Assembly (NCBI GenBank): GCA_965645245.1
Contig: OZ287081.1
Span: 496,001 to 560,000, forward strand
Direction: 5' to 3'
DNA length: 64,000 nucleotides
Source of the DNA: Massalongia carnosa
Taxonomy: Eukaryota
Shown: positions 34,337 through 48,055 of the stretch, piece by piece
Numbering within the stretch: position 1 is the stretch's first letter
How the letters are laid out: every line of letters starts with the position of its first letter
Notes under the pieces: model-generated
Told to the model about the DNA's origin: nothing
The model's input: the letters and a program-made list of their open reading frames with translations, nothing else
Database searches by the model: none
Made by a program: the position numbers and the translations under genes

Positions 34337-37224
34337 ATGGCGAGCATTATATCCTCCATTGTGACCACCACGGTGACCGCAAAGCCCATGGCGACTTCAG
34401 CAGCCTCGCGAGCGGCCCACCAAGGTGGCATCCTCGAAGGAGCCAACCCCTCCAAATATGATGCCAAAAACCCAATTATCATTTTCATCATTCAGGTACC
34501 ATGTCCCCCCGGTATAGCGTGATTATCACGTTTCCTAAATCCCACTGGGACAGGCTGGCATCATCATCATTTTCTGTCGTCTTCTACACTTCCCCCTCTC
34601 CAAGATGCGCCAACCTCGAGTCATTGCAGAAATCATTGGTGGCATACTTTTGGGCCCATCAGTGTTGGGGCGAATACCCGGCTTCACGGCCGCCATATTT
34701 CCCGCAGCATCCATGCCCACGCTTTCACTCGCTGCAAATCTGGGCTTGGTGCTCTTCCTTTTCTTGGTTGGCCTGGAAGTCGACCTACGACTGCTCGTGT
34801 CGAATTGGAGAATTGCATTGAGTGTGGGCGCGGCGGGCATGGCCTTGCCCTTTGGGCTAGGCTGTGCCATCGCCTATGGTCTATATCACCAATTTCGTGG
34901 CGATGCCGGTCTTGTTCCCGTTGGGTTCGGGACGTATATGCTGTTCGTTGGGGTGGCGATGGCCATCACGGTTAGTTTGGGCTCGAGTAACGGAGGAAAC
35001 GAAATGCTCATGCTTTCAGGCTTTCCCCGTGCTGTGCCGAATACTCACGGAGCTCAAGCTGCTGCAAACTCAGGTTGGAATCGTCGTGCTTTCGGCCGGA
35101 GTCGGGAACGACGTGGTTGGGTGGATTTTACTTGCATTATGCGTGGCGCTCGTCAATGCCGGGTCGGGAATTACCGCGTTGTACGTTCTACTTACTTGCG
35201 TGGCGTACGTCATCTTCCTCGTCTATGCCGTCCGTCCAGCGTTTCTGTGGATTTTGAAGCGCTCTGGCAGCATTCAAGATGGTCCCACTCAATCCGTGGT
35301 GGCATTGACCGTTTTGATGACCCTCGCCTCGGCCTTTTTCACTGGCATCATTGGCGTTCATCCGATCTTCGGGGCGTTCTTGGTTGGGTTGATCTGCCCA
35401 CATGACGGAGGTTTCGCCATCAAGCTCACGGAGAAGATTGAAGATCTTGTCAGCGTTTTCTTTTTGCCGCTTTATTTCGCCCTGTCCGGACTCAGCACGA
35501 ACATCGGCCTGCTCGACAGCGGACTAACCTGGGCATACGTTTTCGGAGTCATTGCTGTCGCGTTTGTGGGAAAGTTCGTTGGAGGCACCACTGCTGCTCG
35601 CCTATGCAGAATGGTGTGGAGAGAAAGCTTTACCATCGGTGTGTTAATGAGTTGCAAAGGCTTGGTGGAGCTGATCGTTCTGGTGAGTCATTTGATAAAG
35701 CACTGGTTATCTTGGCTGATTTTATAGAACATTGGGTTTCAAGCCAAGATTCTTAGCCAGCGAACGTTTACTATCTTCGTGGTTATGGCTTTGGTCACAA
35801 CGTTTGCTACGACTCCACTCACGTCCGCACTCTATCCACCTTGGTACCAGAAAAAGCTTGCCGCATGGAAAAGGGGCGAAATCGATTGGGACGGAAACCA
35901 TTTGCTTCCCGACTCCACCTCTTCCGAGCAAGGTGATGCTTCCCTCGAGAAATATCATGGGCACGAGATTCGGAAACTTCTTGTGTATTTGCGATTGGAC
36001 AGTCTCCCGAGTTTGTTCACTTTTGTAGCTCTCCTCGGTGGAGACAGGTCGGGCGCCTCGATCACCAAACTGCATCCACAAAAGGTCAAGGAAGCGAGCA
36101 AAGTCGACCCAACGGCAGATAATCTATCGCTGCGCAAGAGTCCTTTGGAAGTGCATGGAATCCATATGTTGGATCTATCGGAACGTCAATCCTCTGTAAT
36201 GAAAGAATCCGAGGTTGATGATTATTCCTCCCGAGATCCGGTCGTGAACGCCTTCCACAGCTTCGGGCAGCTAAACAATGTGGCAGTCTCGGGAGAAGTC
36301 CAGCTTGTCCCCGAAGGATCCTATGCCGAGATTTTAAATGGGGTGGCATCAAACCATGGCTCCGACCTGGTTTTGATTCCTTGGAGCGAGACCGGAAGAC
36401 TTGCTGAAGCAGCGAATCCACTTTTGTTGGATCCAGCGCAAAACTCATTCACCAGCGGTCCTCAAAATCATTTCGTGACGAGTTTCCTCGCGGACACGCC
36501 ATGCAATGCTGCTATATTCGTCAACAACAGTTTCGGAGCGCTGCCGCGAAAAGAACAGACCCCGCTGAAACGGGTAGCTACCACCTTGAGCTTGAGAAGT
36601 ACCACCGGCATACCTACTGCTCCCATCGTTGACCGTAGCCATCACATCTTCTTTCCGTTTTTCGGCGGTGCAGACGATAGAGTAGCTTTCCGATTCGTCC
36701 TTCGTCTTGCCCAAAACTCCAACGTCACCGCCACAATCATCAACATCAACACCACCCTCAGCAACATCCCGGAGTCCTCGCTCGCGTCCCCCGCTCCCGA
36801 TCCCTCCACTTCCATTTCCACGTCCCAACCGGACCCCTATTCCAAACCCTCTTACGACCAAGACCGCGCCTTCTTCACCGCCATGAAGGATTCTCTCCCC
36901 CATGAACTCGAACCCCGCGTCCTCTTCTCCACCCTCGACACCGAACACCCACTGCGTGATGTTCTAGAGCTGGCCAACGCGGAAGTGGGTCTCTCGCCTC
37001 GGAACGCGGGCGACATCATCGTCGTAGGCAGGGGTCCTAGCTCTAACGTCGTGGGCGATGCTCGCAGGAGCGTGAAGCGGGAGTTGGAGGCTTTAAGAGC
37101 GGGAGCGGGGGTGGAGATGGGGGTGGAGAGGAGCTTGGGGGTGGTGGCTGACGGGGTGATTGGGGGGAACGTGAGGGCTAGCGTCCTGGTCATTCAGGCG
37201 GGGAAAAGGGGAAAGGAGGAATAA
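34337..37224 (+). CDS. KHA1: K+/H+ antiporter (CPA2 family, Kha1-like)
   Basis: QGGILEGANP, RQPRVIAEIIGGILLGPS, LFLFLVGLEVD, ITAFPVLCRILTEL, GVGNDVVGW, FFLPLYFALSGL, MSCKGLVELIVLNIG and PFFGGADDR. Introns at 34496-34553, 34971-35019 and 35683-35727. Confidence 0.93.
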
Positions 37225-38495
37225 TGGAGGGGTGGTTGGCCACACAATATGAGCTCTTTGTGAGATGGATGGTTTGGTTTGGTTTTGGATACAGCTTGCA
37301 CTGGTGAGGGAGTTTTTTTTACTTGGAATGCATTGGGAGGGGGGGGGGGATTTGGCGTGGATATATTCCCTTGCATAGGTATTGAGATATACAACATACC
37401 TCTCCGATCTCTTTCCTAGTTACTTACACACACACACCTGCCTCCTTGGACTCGTAAACCCTTCCCTCTTGCTGTTTGCTATTGGTTGATAAGTTAATTC
37501 TTTGCTCCGAAATGGCACGAGCGAGCGAGCTAGCTAGCTAGCTAGTATGTAACCATGGGGGGGAATATGAAAAGTCATTCTTTATATGTATTATATGTTA
37601 TATATATGTATGCATCCATCGCTGTTCGACGAGTAGGCACACACACATATCATAACGGATGTAGTAGAGATTTACACGGTCTTTGCTCGTATCCCGTCCG
37701 TTTCTGTTTTTTTATTACTATTACTATTACTATTACTGTTGATTTTTAAAAGAGAAATCGGCCGTGTGGAGGGGAGGGGAGGGGATTGGTTCCGGAGATA
37801 TGTTATTTATTATCTACGTACGATGCATGCGTGCATGCGTATGTAGGGCAGGGCAGGGCTTGGCTTGGGGAATTTGTTTTTTTGGGAGGGGTACAATATG
37901 TATACCTACCTGGAAGGGAAGAAATATGAGTCTAGAGAGGGAATTTGCACTTAGGAGGGGGGGGGGATTTGAAGCATATGCAATGAGCAAGGCATTAACT
38001 AACTACTGAACGCGCGGCAGGGAGTGAGTAAAATCCAAGTGAGGACTGAGGCGATGGCTGACTAGCGGGTCCACGGGGTGTGAATATGCAGGATCTGCGT
38101 GATGCTTCCACCGGTACTGGCTGTTTTTAACGAGATGCTTTGGATGCAATTGGCTCTGTCTATATCCATATCTCCCTCAATCCTCCATGTTTGCTTTTGG
38201 CCGCGCGTGCCGACGAAGCCCGATTTCAATGCCCGGACCTGAATAAGATTGGAGGGATCAGCGGTCATCGGATTGTCGTGCTGTCGTTCCGGTTCTATGG
38301 TGATGGCAAGACGCACACAGCGTTTCGCCGGTATTGTTGGGACATCGCTAGGAGGCTTTGAATAGCCGCAGGTCTCCACGCAGTCACGTGAAGTGCGCAG
38401 GAGGAGAGCGGAGGGAGGTCTTTGCTCTCGTGGATGGGGACTCGAGTTGCCCGTTTCTCGATGTGCCGATGCTTTCCGCCATACCAACGGAATGA

Positions 38496-40124
38496 TCAAG
38501 GCTCACACTCCGACACCTCCACCACGCGCTGCTGCAATTTCCGTTTCGCAATCCTTGCCATCACCGCGCTATCCCAGGCGCCTTCCCGCCAAGGCGGGGT
38601 CGTCAATAGCGCCAGAGCTTTCTGGCGGAGCTTGGGGTCCTGACAGTGAATGGCGGTGAAGTACAACGGTTGGACGGTTCCTTCGTTGAACGAGAACGGC
38701 CCGAAAGAGGTGGGGAACACATTGATGTCGAGCATGACATTGATGGGCCGCAGCAGCGACGTTGACTTGGACAAAATATAATCGAAGCTGGCGTCGCAAA
38801 GGCTGTAGTAATCCTCCGCGTTCGGCGTACAGCTCGCCGCAAGCTTCAGGCTGGTGACTCGATGGTTGATCTTCATGATCTGTACTTGATACGAGATCGC
38901 GGTGCTGAATTTGTGTTGGTCTCGTGACAAGAAAGCTTCCATTGCAAGCGTCCAGTTATCGAGGTTTACACGAAGTTCTTGCTGCAAGGTAATTACGCTT
39001 TTGAAGGGGGACTCTGCTAGGTTGGAGCAGTAGGGTTGGAGCGATGCGGCCGGCGGAATGAATTGCAACTGATGCTGGTGACGCTCAAGGAAATTGTATG
39101 CATTGGTGACATTTTCAAACCCCTTGGATATGAGCGTTGGGGGATACACGATGCTTTCTGGTATATCCCCCAACACTTCAAACGTTGGGCCATCAAGCCA
39201 GATGGAAGCCACTCGGTCGAGCGTGGTGAAAAGCTGATTGACATTAACCCTAAAATCCTGAGACTTCGTGGTAGGTAGCACGCCATCATTCATTTCTGGT
39301 GCCAAGTCATTGCACGATCGACGAATGATTTTCAGTCCGCTCTTTAAGTGCGTGAGACTTGCGCTCTCATTCCCTTGAAGAAACTCAAAGCAGATAAAAA
39401 TGAAGCAGATCATCAAGGTGAACTCGACCGTTCGTTCGTTCGGGTTACGCAGCTGCTTGCGAAGCTCTCGGATCGCTTTGCAATACTGCAAGCATGCGAA
39501 GTCATGTTTCTTGTTGGCATCTTCATTATCATGGGTGATGACGCTGTTGATGTGCAACCTTTCACCTAGCAAGCCAAAGGCAATACAAGCGTGCCGGAGG
39601 GCAGGATTAGCATGACTGGCCTGGAAGATTAATGAATCCCAGAATTCCGAGTTCAGCACGGCCGTTAATTGGGGCCAAGTGTAGAACTGGAAGAAATGAA
39701 AACCTCGGCGCTCCTGAGAGGTACCATGAATGCCAAAGTTCAGCTCATTTGGCATGCGTGACGCGCAAAATGGTACCAGTTCGGTCTCAAGCGGTTTTTC
39801 ATGTGATGTCCCTTCCTTCACTGAAGAATATCCATTGCAAGTATGACCAGTACTAGTACACTTGAGGCAGGCTGGCTTTGCTTCATCACACTTAATACGT
39901 CGGATTCTGAGTTACCCTTACGGCATTAGTATTGGCAGCGCTAGAAAGACATGAATTGCGAGTATGGAAGCGCGATACTCCTTACTTGCTCCAAAACATG
40001 AACTTGGAAGAAGAACTAGAATGGCATGAGGGGGGTAATTGTACTTGCAAGTCTCACATCCTGTTCTAACCCTTGGCCGGCCTACCCGGGGTCTCCACGG
40101 CAAAGACTGACGTTTGGGTGGCAT
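38496..40124 (-). CDS. Zn(II)2Cys6 transcription factor
   Basis: Spliced RTGCETCK|IRRIKCDEAKPACLKCTSTGHTCNGY (intron 39907-40044), followed by a fungal TF domain (FWDSLIFQASHANPALRHA, FICFEFLQG, REGAWDS). Confidence 0.92.
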
Positions 40125-42369
40125 ATAAGAGGCACTGAGTACCAAATCCTAACGGTATACTTGTGTAGATGGTCTAGTGAAACACTTCTTGGGTGAAGTG
40201 TATGGGACATGGCTTCCATCGGGCAGGATGGATGAAGGTGATGTGGTTGAAGGGATTCGCTTAGGCACCGCCGACGAGCTGACGAGTTCCTCTCGGATCA
40301 TGTGATTGGGTCGTTTGTATTCGCTTAATTTAGGCATCCGGGCGTCATGAGCATCCATGGGCATGCATGAAGCATCTCAAGGCGGGAGGAAAGTGACGAC
40401 GATACGTCCATGCTAAGCTATCATCACCGACGGCTGAAAGTTTTCTGACTGTAAACTGGCACAGACAACTCAGTTGTATAGTCATTATACAACTATTCGG
40501 TCGGGTTTAAGGCGCATTGGCGAAAACACTCGGGGCAAGGGTGTGCGTTATACGGGGCGCATGTTTCCTAAAGAGTAACAGGCTGTACGAACGCTACCGT
40601 GCGGCGAAAGACCAAATACGGCCAGATGCACATGTGTGTATGTTGTACTTCGATATCTCCATGGGATTTGTTCGCGGGTAACCGAAATATAGAGGGCACC
40701 AGATAAGCTGATGGAACAGAACACAGACGGACGAAAACGAGAACCTGTCGGATGGAGATGAAGAAGCCAGACAAGCCAGCGCGGCCTAGGCGCTTGAGCT
40801 GTTGAAGCAGTCAGCTAGGCCAACCAAACGATTGAGATAAGAGCGTTCGATATCACGCTTTCATTTTTCGTCGTTCTATCGATTCTTTAGACACTAGTAT
40901 AGAATGTGAATACACAAGATCCTCGGTCAAATCATTAAATCGATTACGAAATATTTCTCCTCTTTTTGTCCTATTCTCCATCCATTTAAAATACCATAGC
41001 TATTGCTATATATTTCAAAGAAGATCAGATCAACAGAACTAAGCGGGGTTGTTTGTGGATTTCATCCTCCAAGTTTCCGCACAAGCAAGGCTGAAATATA
41101 ACGCATCCACACACCAAAAAAAAAGTCCTTGAAGTCTATCAGGAGCATTAACTAGTCAGCCAACCCCCCCAAGAACCAAATCCCCATCATTTCCAAGCGA
41201 GAACGCCGGCCGCAAGCCAACAATCACACCTGCAGTGGACGATTCGGCCTTGAACGCAATCCACGAGCTGGAAGACTTGGCCCCCGTTGTGCGGAGTGAA
41301 CATATTTATGCCATCGGTTCTAGCAGAGAGCTTGGAAGTTGCAGTAACGTTTTTAAACCTCATCTTGTGTGGTTGCCTGAATTGCGTCATTGGTTGGTGA
41401 TAACAAAGATGGGTTTTCGAGAGGGACGTTTTTTTAACGGTTATATCGTTTCTCGGGGTTTCTAGGTAACAGATATGTGTTTTTATAGATCGCTGATCGG
41501 GGTGGGAATCAATCGGGAACGGACAGGGGTCGTTAGTATATTTAATGGGAAAGGCATCGATGAGTTAGATGACGATGATTGATGAGCTGGGAGCTGTTCG
41601 TTTGTTTTTTTTGGAAGGGAAACAAGAAAATATTCAGAAATTGATCCCTCAAGGAACCATTTACTTGTCAAGCTCAATCAGTTGCGGGAAAGCGGTCGAA
41701 AGCAAGGAGCTCCTGATGGCGGTCCAATAGCTTGAAAGTCGGGTTCTTCTTGAGGAAGTTACTCTGCTGTCTCCAGAGTTATGGAGTTTGATCACCGGGA
41801 TAGTTTATTATTTGGTCATAGAGATTTACGAAATCGATTGCTTCAAGATAGAGTTAAGCCGGGGAGGTTGTGATCACAAACCTGACAGTCAAGGGTTTTG
41901 GCATAGGTATATAATGTACATGTACTACCCCTGATGCTCCTCGTACGACGGAGGTTCCGTAGAGTAGTAGCAAGGAGATAAGTTTAGAAAAATGCTTGCA
42001 CCATCTCAAGTATAATGGAGTAAGCCTCGTAAAGTGGTTCGAAATCCTAATATCTAGAACTCTTCCGTAGTAATGCACGCATCAAGATTGATCTCGTTCA
42101 TCTAGAACCCACCATTGCGTAAAGCGCAGAGTGTGATGAAGACATTTAGCAAACACCATGCCTTTCCCAGGGGTATATAGCGAAAAAAGCAAACTAAAAG
42201 CAAAAATAGTAACCCGTCCCTCTGTTCATTATACCATTTCACCAACGCTAAATCAGCAGATAAGACGTAAAGACATTGCGACACATCATCGAGTCCGAAA
42301 CGTAGACGCAAGAGTGGTAAGAAAGCTAATATTTTCGAAGGAAACAAAACATCCTAGATCCTATAGGCA

Positions 42370-43887
42370 TTATTTGTTAAACAGCGCCATTCTTGTCTTC
42401 CTTCTCAGCTTATGGATACCATCCAAGGCGGGCGGGGAATGCTGTTGATCTTCTGCATCATGACTAGTCTTGGCCGAGAATCCAATCCGTTGCGACTGGG
42501 AGATTGGCTGACGTTCTGCCGTCCTCGTCAAGGAGTGATCGTTTGCGGACGCGTTGGATCTTGCTGTAGCGCCGCCAATACCGGTCATAGCGTCCCAATC
42601 TGGGTTCGAGTAGTTGTTCGATAAATGAATGCGAGCCAAAGGGCTTGGTTTACGAGGGATTGTTTCTTTTTTTGATGCCAAGCGAAGCCGAGCGTCGTCA
42701 AGGGGCATAATTATTTTGCCGGCTTCATCGGCTACAACAGGGGGGGTTTTTCCTCTTCGCGTTGCACCAACAGGGGGGGCAAGTATGTGAGTACCTTCAC
42801 TGTTCAGGATCTTGTGAGTCTCAGAGATATCTAAACTAGTAGACGTCGGAGGAGATGCGGTTACAGGACTGGGTTCTGTATCTATAAGATTGCTCGGCGA
42901 CGATAGCGTAACTGGTGGAAGGGCCCAAGGTTTGATGGAGCACGGAATTGAAGATGCTTCGCCTGTGTTCGGACCTAATAGGGCCCCGATGTCGGGGAGT
43001 GTTTGTTTGAGATACTCCTCAGGTATTTTTGGAGTCAGGGGGGCATTTTGTAGGCTATTGAGGATGGATTTATCAAGATAGTCAATTGACGAAGATTTCT
43101 TCAATCCGTCATGCGCTTCCGTGTTATTCCTGGCAAAACTGTCCTTGAACTCGGGTGCCACCTCCCAGCCGTAAATATTGGAGAGACTAGAAGCGCTGCC
43201 GTGCTGTTGGCCTCCGGCCTTGGAGCGATATGAACTCGTCCGAGAGTATGATGAAGAAGAGATATTGCTTGTCGAACACTCTGAGCCTGATGTTCTGATT
43301 GAACGGTTACCACCACCCACAGTCTGTCGGGACGAGGATTGCTTCCGTTTATCTTTTTCTTTGATGGCTAGCGGCACTCCATCCCACTTGGAGTTGACTT
43401 TTGGAACCGATGGAGGCAGCTTGGCGGACGAAACCCCGGGCAAACCAGCAGCATTGATTCGACCGTCTTTACGGACACCCTTCTTCTGCATATGCCGTTG
43501 GTAATCCTCGAGCGCTTTTTGAGACGGCTCTTTGACGACGAGAAAACCGAAGAACGAGCTTCCTCGTTTCTTCGAACTCTTCTTCGTCTCCTTTATTGAA
43601 GAATATGGAGAAGGTGATGCTGATGACGAGCGCGAGGCAATAGGACTCAAGGGCTTGTAAAGGGCTTTCGCCAACCTTTGCGCCTGACCAGAGTCCGATG
43701 CCCCGGGAGAAGAAGACGCTGTGGACACTGAGACCGACGAGAAATTAGTTGAAACTGGGCTCACTGAGCTGATCGAGTCATCTTGATGGAAGGTTGCGGC
43801 CTCGAATGACTTAGTTCTGTACTGTAACTTCGGTATATTGGGCACAGTTAGATGCTGTGCCACCGCAGGAAGAGTTGGCGAGGCCAT
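42370..43887 (-). CDS. Ser-rich hypothetical fungal protein (505 aa)
   Basis: Long ATG-initiated ORF with a structured-looking core (FLVVKEPSQKALEDY...LPGVSSAKLPPSVPKVNSKWDGVP); function not assignable. Confidence 0.75.
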   Translation of the reverse strand: MASPTLPAVAQHLTVPNIPKLQYRTKSFEAATFHQDDSISSVSPVSTNFSSVSVSTASSSPGASDSGQAQRLAKALYKPLSPIASRSSSASPSPYSSIKETKKSSKKRGSSFFGFLVVKEPSQKALEDYQRHMQKKGVRKDGRINAAGLPGVSSAKLPPSVPKVNSKWDGVPLAIKEKDKRKQSSSRQTVGGGNRSIRTSGSECSTSNISSSSYSRTSSYRSKAGGQQHGSASSLSNIYGWEVAPEFKDSFARNNTEAHDGLKKSSSIDYLDKSILNSLQNAPLTPKIPEEYLKQTLPDIGALLGPNTGEASSIPCSIKPWALPPVTLSSPSNLIDTEPSPVTASPPTSTSLDISETHKILNSEGTHILAPPVGATRRGKTPPVVADEAGKIIMPLDDARLRLASKKETIPRKPSPLARIHLSNNYSNPDWDAMTGIGGATARSNASANDHSLTRTAERQPISQSQRIGFSAKTSHDAEDQQHSPPALDGIHKLRRKTRMALFNK

Positions 43888-45960
43888 GATACGCTAGACT
43901 GTCATGGTAACATATGTCTGCGTTGATTTTTGCTCTATGTTGCTTTAACTAATGAGCTTTTAAAAGCAATACCGGTACAAGTTGGAGCCGTAAAGGCCCC
44001 AGGTATCAACAGACGATTTTGGAGAGTTGGTGATCAGACAAACAGCAGTGGATGCCAACAGCTCCGCTTTGAATGATCAAGTGCGCTCGGCATTGGATCA
44101 GGAAGGAGGAGGGAGTTAAGAGGATAAAACGGAAGGGATATTTTGGCTCTGGGACGATGACGAGAGGGCAGGATGCCGTAAAACAACGGGTTGTAGAGTC
44201 GATCAAGGCCTCATGGTCTGCCGTCTTGAAGCGGCAGCAAGGCGGGGGTCTCGGAGAAGGCCTGAAGCGGGCGTAAGTCACAATACGTAAGGTTAAGGCG
44301 GTAAGGCTCAAGCCAAGAGCGGGCAGAAAAGGTATTTTAAATCCGTACTGAAAACGGGACAATTCCTTAGTTAGATACTTAACAGAATACCGTCGAGATA
44401 TCATAGCCAGCGAATGCACGGAATGTCAATGTTGCTCTAGGCATTATAGAATATAATACTGTCTCGGGGGATTTTTTGTTAGCGAGGTACAAACACGGAT
44501 AACACCGAGCTAATATTCTGTGCAGAAGGATCAATTCTTAGACACAAACCAAATATTTTAATTGGTGGATACATGTAAAGTTGACTAAAAATGTTGCGTT
44601 TTTATACCCTGGTATGTGGCGCGCTAACAAAAACCCTGCCGGATACCATGAGGATATCATGACAGAGTATGGGGTCACACTCAGAGTACGGAGTACTCTG
44701 TATCATTCCATCATAGTCAGCATTAGCTGTTACAGAATAAAATGCACTAGGCTAGTACAGCATACACTGAACGTAACTAATCTATATTAGTCTAACTTCT
44801 AGAAGACCATCCAGATACTGATAAACGTGAGTAGGATGAGTTCTTGGTTCAATGGGTGAGGCATGAACCCATCAGATAGCATCATTTGTTAATCCCCGCG
44901 AACCAAGGGCGAAAGAGGCTTATTTGGATCTCAATTGGCGCGTTGGAATCTGAATCCAGGATCTAAGGAGAAAACATCTTGAGTGAGAATTGAAATTGAA
45001 GATTGCCTTCAGGATGCCGACCAACTTTTCCAGCACCGTCCAGCTCTGGAAAATCCCTGTTTACATCAAGCCTCATCGTATTTAGTGTCAGCCCAGGCCT
45101 CAATAGACCTACTGAAAGGGATCTGGGACTGAGAAGTGCACCATGTGGCCAAATCCTCGGTATAATGTTGGAACGACACATGGCAGCGTTACACAGCACT
45201 CTTATCGCCCCTGCAGTCTATTTTCGTTGATGATGCTGGAAATCAGGGACAAGGAGGCTAATAGGGAAGATGGTTAGATGAAGGATAAGGGGAGTTACCC
45301 AATGCCAGAGGAGGAGGGATAGGTAATGGGGTAATGGAAGCGAGGGTGTAGCGATAAATGTCGGATTGTGAGTACCGCTAAGGGAAGTCGCCCTGCAATC
45401 ACTCACATAAGCCCGATCAAACCGGAGATGATACCGAGTTACCGTATCATTGGATGAAAGACATGATGTGCTAGATGTCCCACTCTGGGAAGCGCACCAA
45501 TCAGAAGATATCCCCTATCTAGTCGCACACGATCGTCGATGAAGACTTCCCCGCGGTATGAGGGTTCTATTGTAAACTATATATTAGAGATATACGCGGC
45601 AGGTTAACATACAATGAATAAAAATTTCAAGAAAAAGCTATATTACGGAAGAGCTTATTTCCTACTTACAAACTCCAGACATGAAAATCCCGGGCAAGCC
45701 ATTATCTTGAGCCAGATTGACCAAGCTTACTAAAACCTCATACTGGCCAACAACGCTAAGTTGCACCAGGGCATCAAGATTGCGTCTATTAACGAGCTAC
45801 AGGCTGTGTATGGGTTTCCACGAAGCAAGGAAGTTGGTTCCCCAGCACATTATGACCCATGAGTACAAGGCGATATAGTGTGAGTGGAGGGATCCATTAC
45901 TCTACTACGTACTCTGTACTTTGCTTGGATATTCCCCAGTATTGAAGTTTGATAACAATG

Positions 45961-48055
45961 ATGATGATGATTGATTCTTGTACCGATCTGACACCAGCCG
46001 AAGGCCGGCCCATGCGGGCTATCTACTTATTCTTACAGGGAAAACCTTTTAAAGGGATAAAAACCATGCAGACTGCGCCATTATCCCAAACGTGTTCCGT
46101 TTCTGGACTGCATTCTTCGCTCGATGTTCTGTGAAATCCTTGACAAAATGAGAGTTATCACTCGTATAACAGTTGCGATGCTAGTGAAAATTGGTTCAGC
46201 AAATTTCCTTTTATTATCCATGTGGTTAGTTTTTTCAACATTTTCGACGAGCTCATGATCGTTCGATAGTCGTTGGTGCCTATTGTTTTAGCACTTCGTA
46301 TCTGCCGTCGATTAGCCTGCAATGTAGAATGATGTGTTTGGCTGTCTGCTTCTGCCATCCGCACGAGCAGGCCGGGGTCATAACGCCCGGTACCCGACGA
46401 TTGAACAGGAAGTTTGCCAAGCCTATTTTTTCGGTGCGGATTTGCGTGGTTAGCGCGCTTTCCGCTTTCATCAGGTTGTTGTGAATCTTCAGTCTCGTCC
46501 TACTGAGAGATCCCAACTGTGCCTCTGTCGGGCGAGGAATGCGGTTCTGGTACGTCTTCCATTTGGAGTCCCAGCGTTCCTTGATGCGTTCTGTGATGGC
46601 CTTTGTGTGTTTCTCTATGGTATGGCGTGTCGTGGTGCATTTTTCGAGGTGCGCCGGGTCGGGTGTGGACCAGGGTGGGGGCGATGGGTGCATTGTGACT
46701 GGGTGCCTCGTTATTCAACATTTTGCTGGCCCATTCATATTTCAACTCTCCTGGGGTGAGGTGTTGCGTTCTTTTGCGTCCTGCCTTACCCCGTAGCTTG
46801 TTCGCTATTGTGTTGCAGGCTTTGGAAATCAGTTTCGCCTGCCCTGCGGCCAGTAGACGATACCTTGCTTTTATCTGTAGATTGTCCAGATGCAACTCCA
46901 TGGGGGCGATGAACGTTTCCGCTTCGAGAACTTCGACGGGTGTTGCCTTGAACGCCCCTGTCACGGTGCGTAAGCATTTGTCCTGCATTACGCTGAGTTT
47001 AGACGTCGTGGCCTTGTTTTTCTTGATTTCCCTGGGTGTGTGCCACACGGTGCTTCCATAAGTCATTGCCGGGCGAACGACGGCGGTGTAAACCTGCCGG
47101 GCCTTCGCGAAAGAAGCTCCCCAGGTGGATGTCGAAATTTTTGTGAGCGCCAGCGACTGCGACGTCATCTTTTCCTGTGTTTTCCGTATGTGGGCTCCCC
47201 ATTTCAATTTGGTGTCGATTTGGAGGCCCAGAACTCGTATGTCCGTTTTCGGTTCTATTAGGTTGTTTTCTATTTGAATAGTAGCCGACATGTCGAATTT
47301 CTTTGGATTTCTGGACAAATGAATGAGCTCATACTTATCCGGTGCAAATACGGACCCGTGGCGTGCCGCCCATAGTTCGCATTTTCTGTGAATTCTTTCG
47401 AGGATTCTGCAGTTTTCTTCCGTGCTTTTGCCGTATGCCAACACATTTACGTCGTCTACAAAGCCTAGCGCGCTCGTGTTTATGCCGGGTCTCTCGCATA
47501 TCTCTAAAAGGTCCGCATTGTAGAACAGGTAGAGAATAGGGGAAATGGGTGAGCCTTGAGGAATGCCCGTGCGCACCGCGAACTCCTCGGTTACTCGCCG
47601 GTTTATCGTTAGCGTGGTTCTTCTTTCCTTCAGAAAGATTGCCGTCCAGTCTGTGATCCATTTCGGGATTTTCCTTTTTCGCAGATTGTGTATCAGCCTG
47701 CGATGAGGCACTGTGTCGAATGCGCCTGCTACATCCATGCTGAGGAGAGTTGCCACCTTGTTGTTGCCTTGTCCCCATACAGTGTGTACCTGTTCGGTGA
47801 GGAGTTCGAGCGCAGACTCGGTAGATCGGCCACGCTAAGCTCCCATTTGTGTGTCTGGCAGGAGCCGGTGCTGTTCCGCTATATGAGTGATCTTCCTTGC
47901 GATGACTGCTTCTAATACCTTACCCATTGTGTTCAGTAAAGCTATGGGTCTGTTAACCTTTGTACTGGTATTGTCTTTCTTTCCCGGTTTTCTGAGCGCG
48001 ATCGTGTTTGCTCTTTTGAACTCGCGGAGATGATACGCATGCGTGACGCAAGCCT
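45961..48055 (-). mobile_element. 5'-truncated, decayed Tad1-like LINE (RT to 3' end)
   Basis: 15-bp TSD AGTTTGATAACAATG at 45946-45960 and 48056-48070; (CAT)n tail; RT motifs GIPQGSPISP and FVDD; premature TAG at 47835-47837 (QMGA*RGRST); frameshifts near 47980 and 46700. Confidence 0.93.

Noticed and set aside
42001..42060. tRNA-like A-box/B-box (AGTATAATGG...GGTTCGAAATCC)
   Set aside because: Boxes too close together, with no acceptor stem or anticodon arm.
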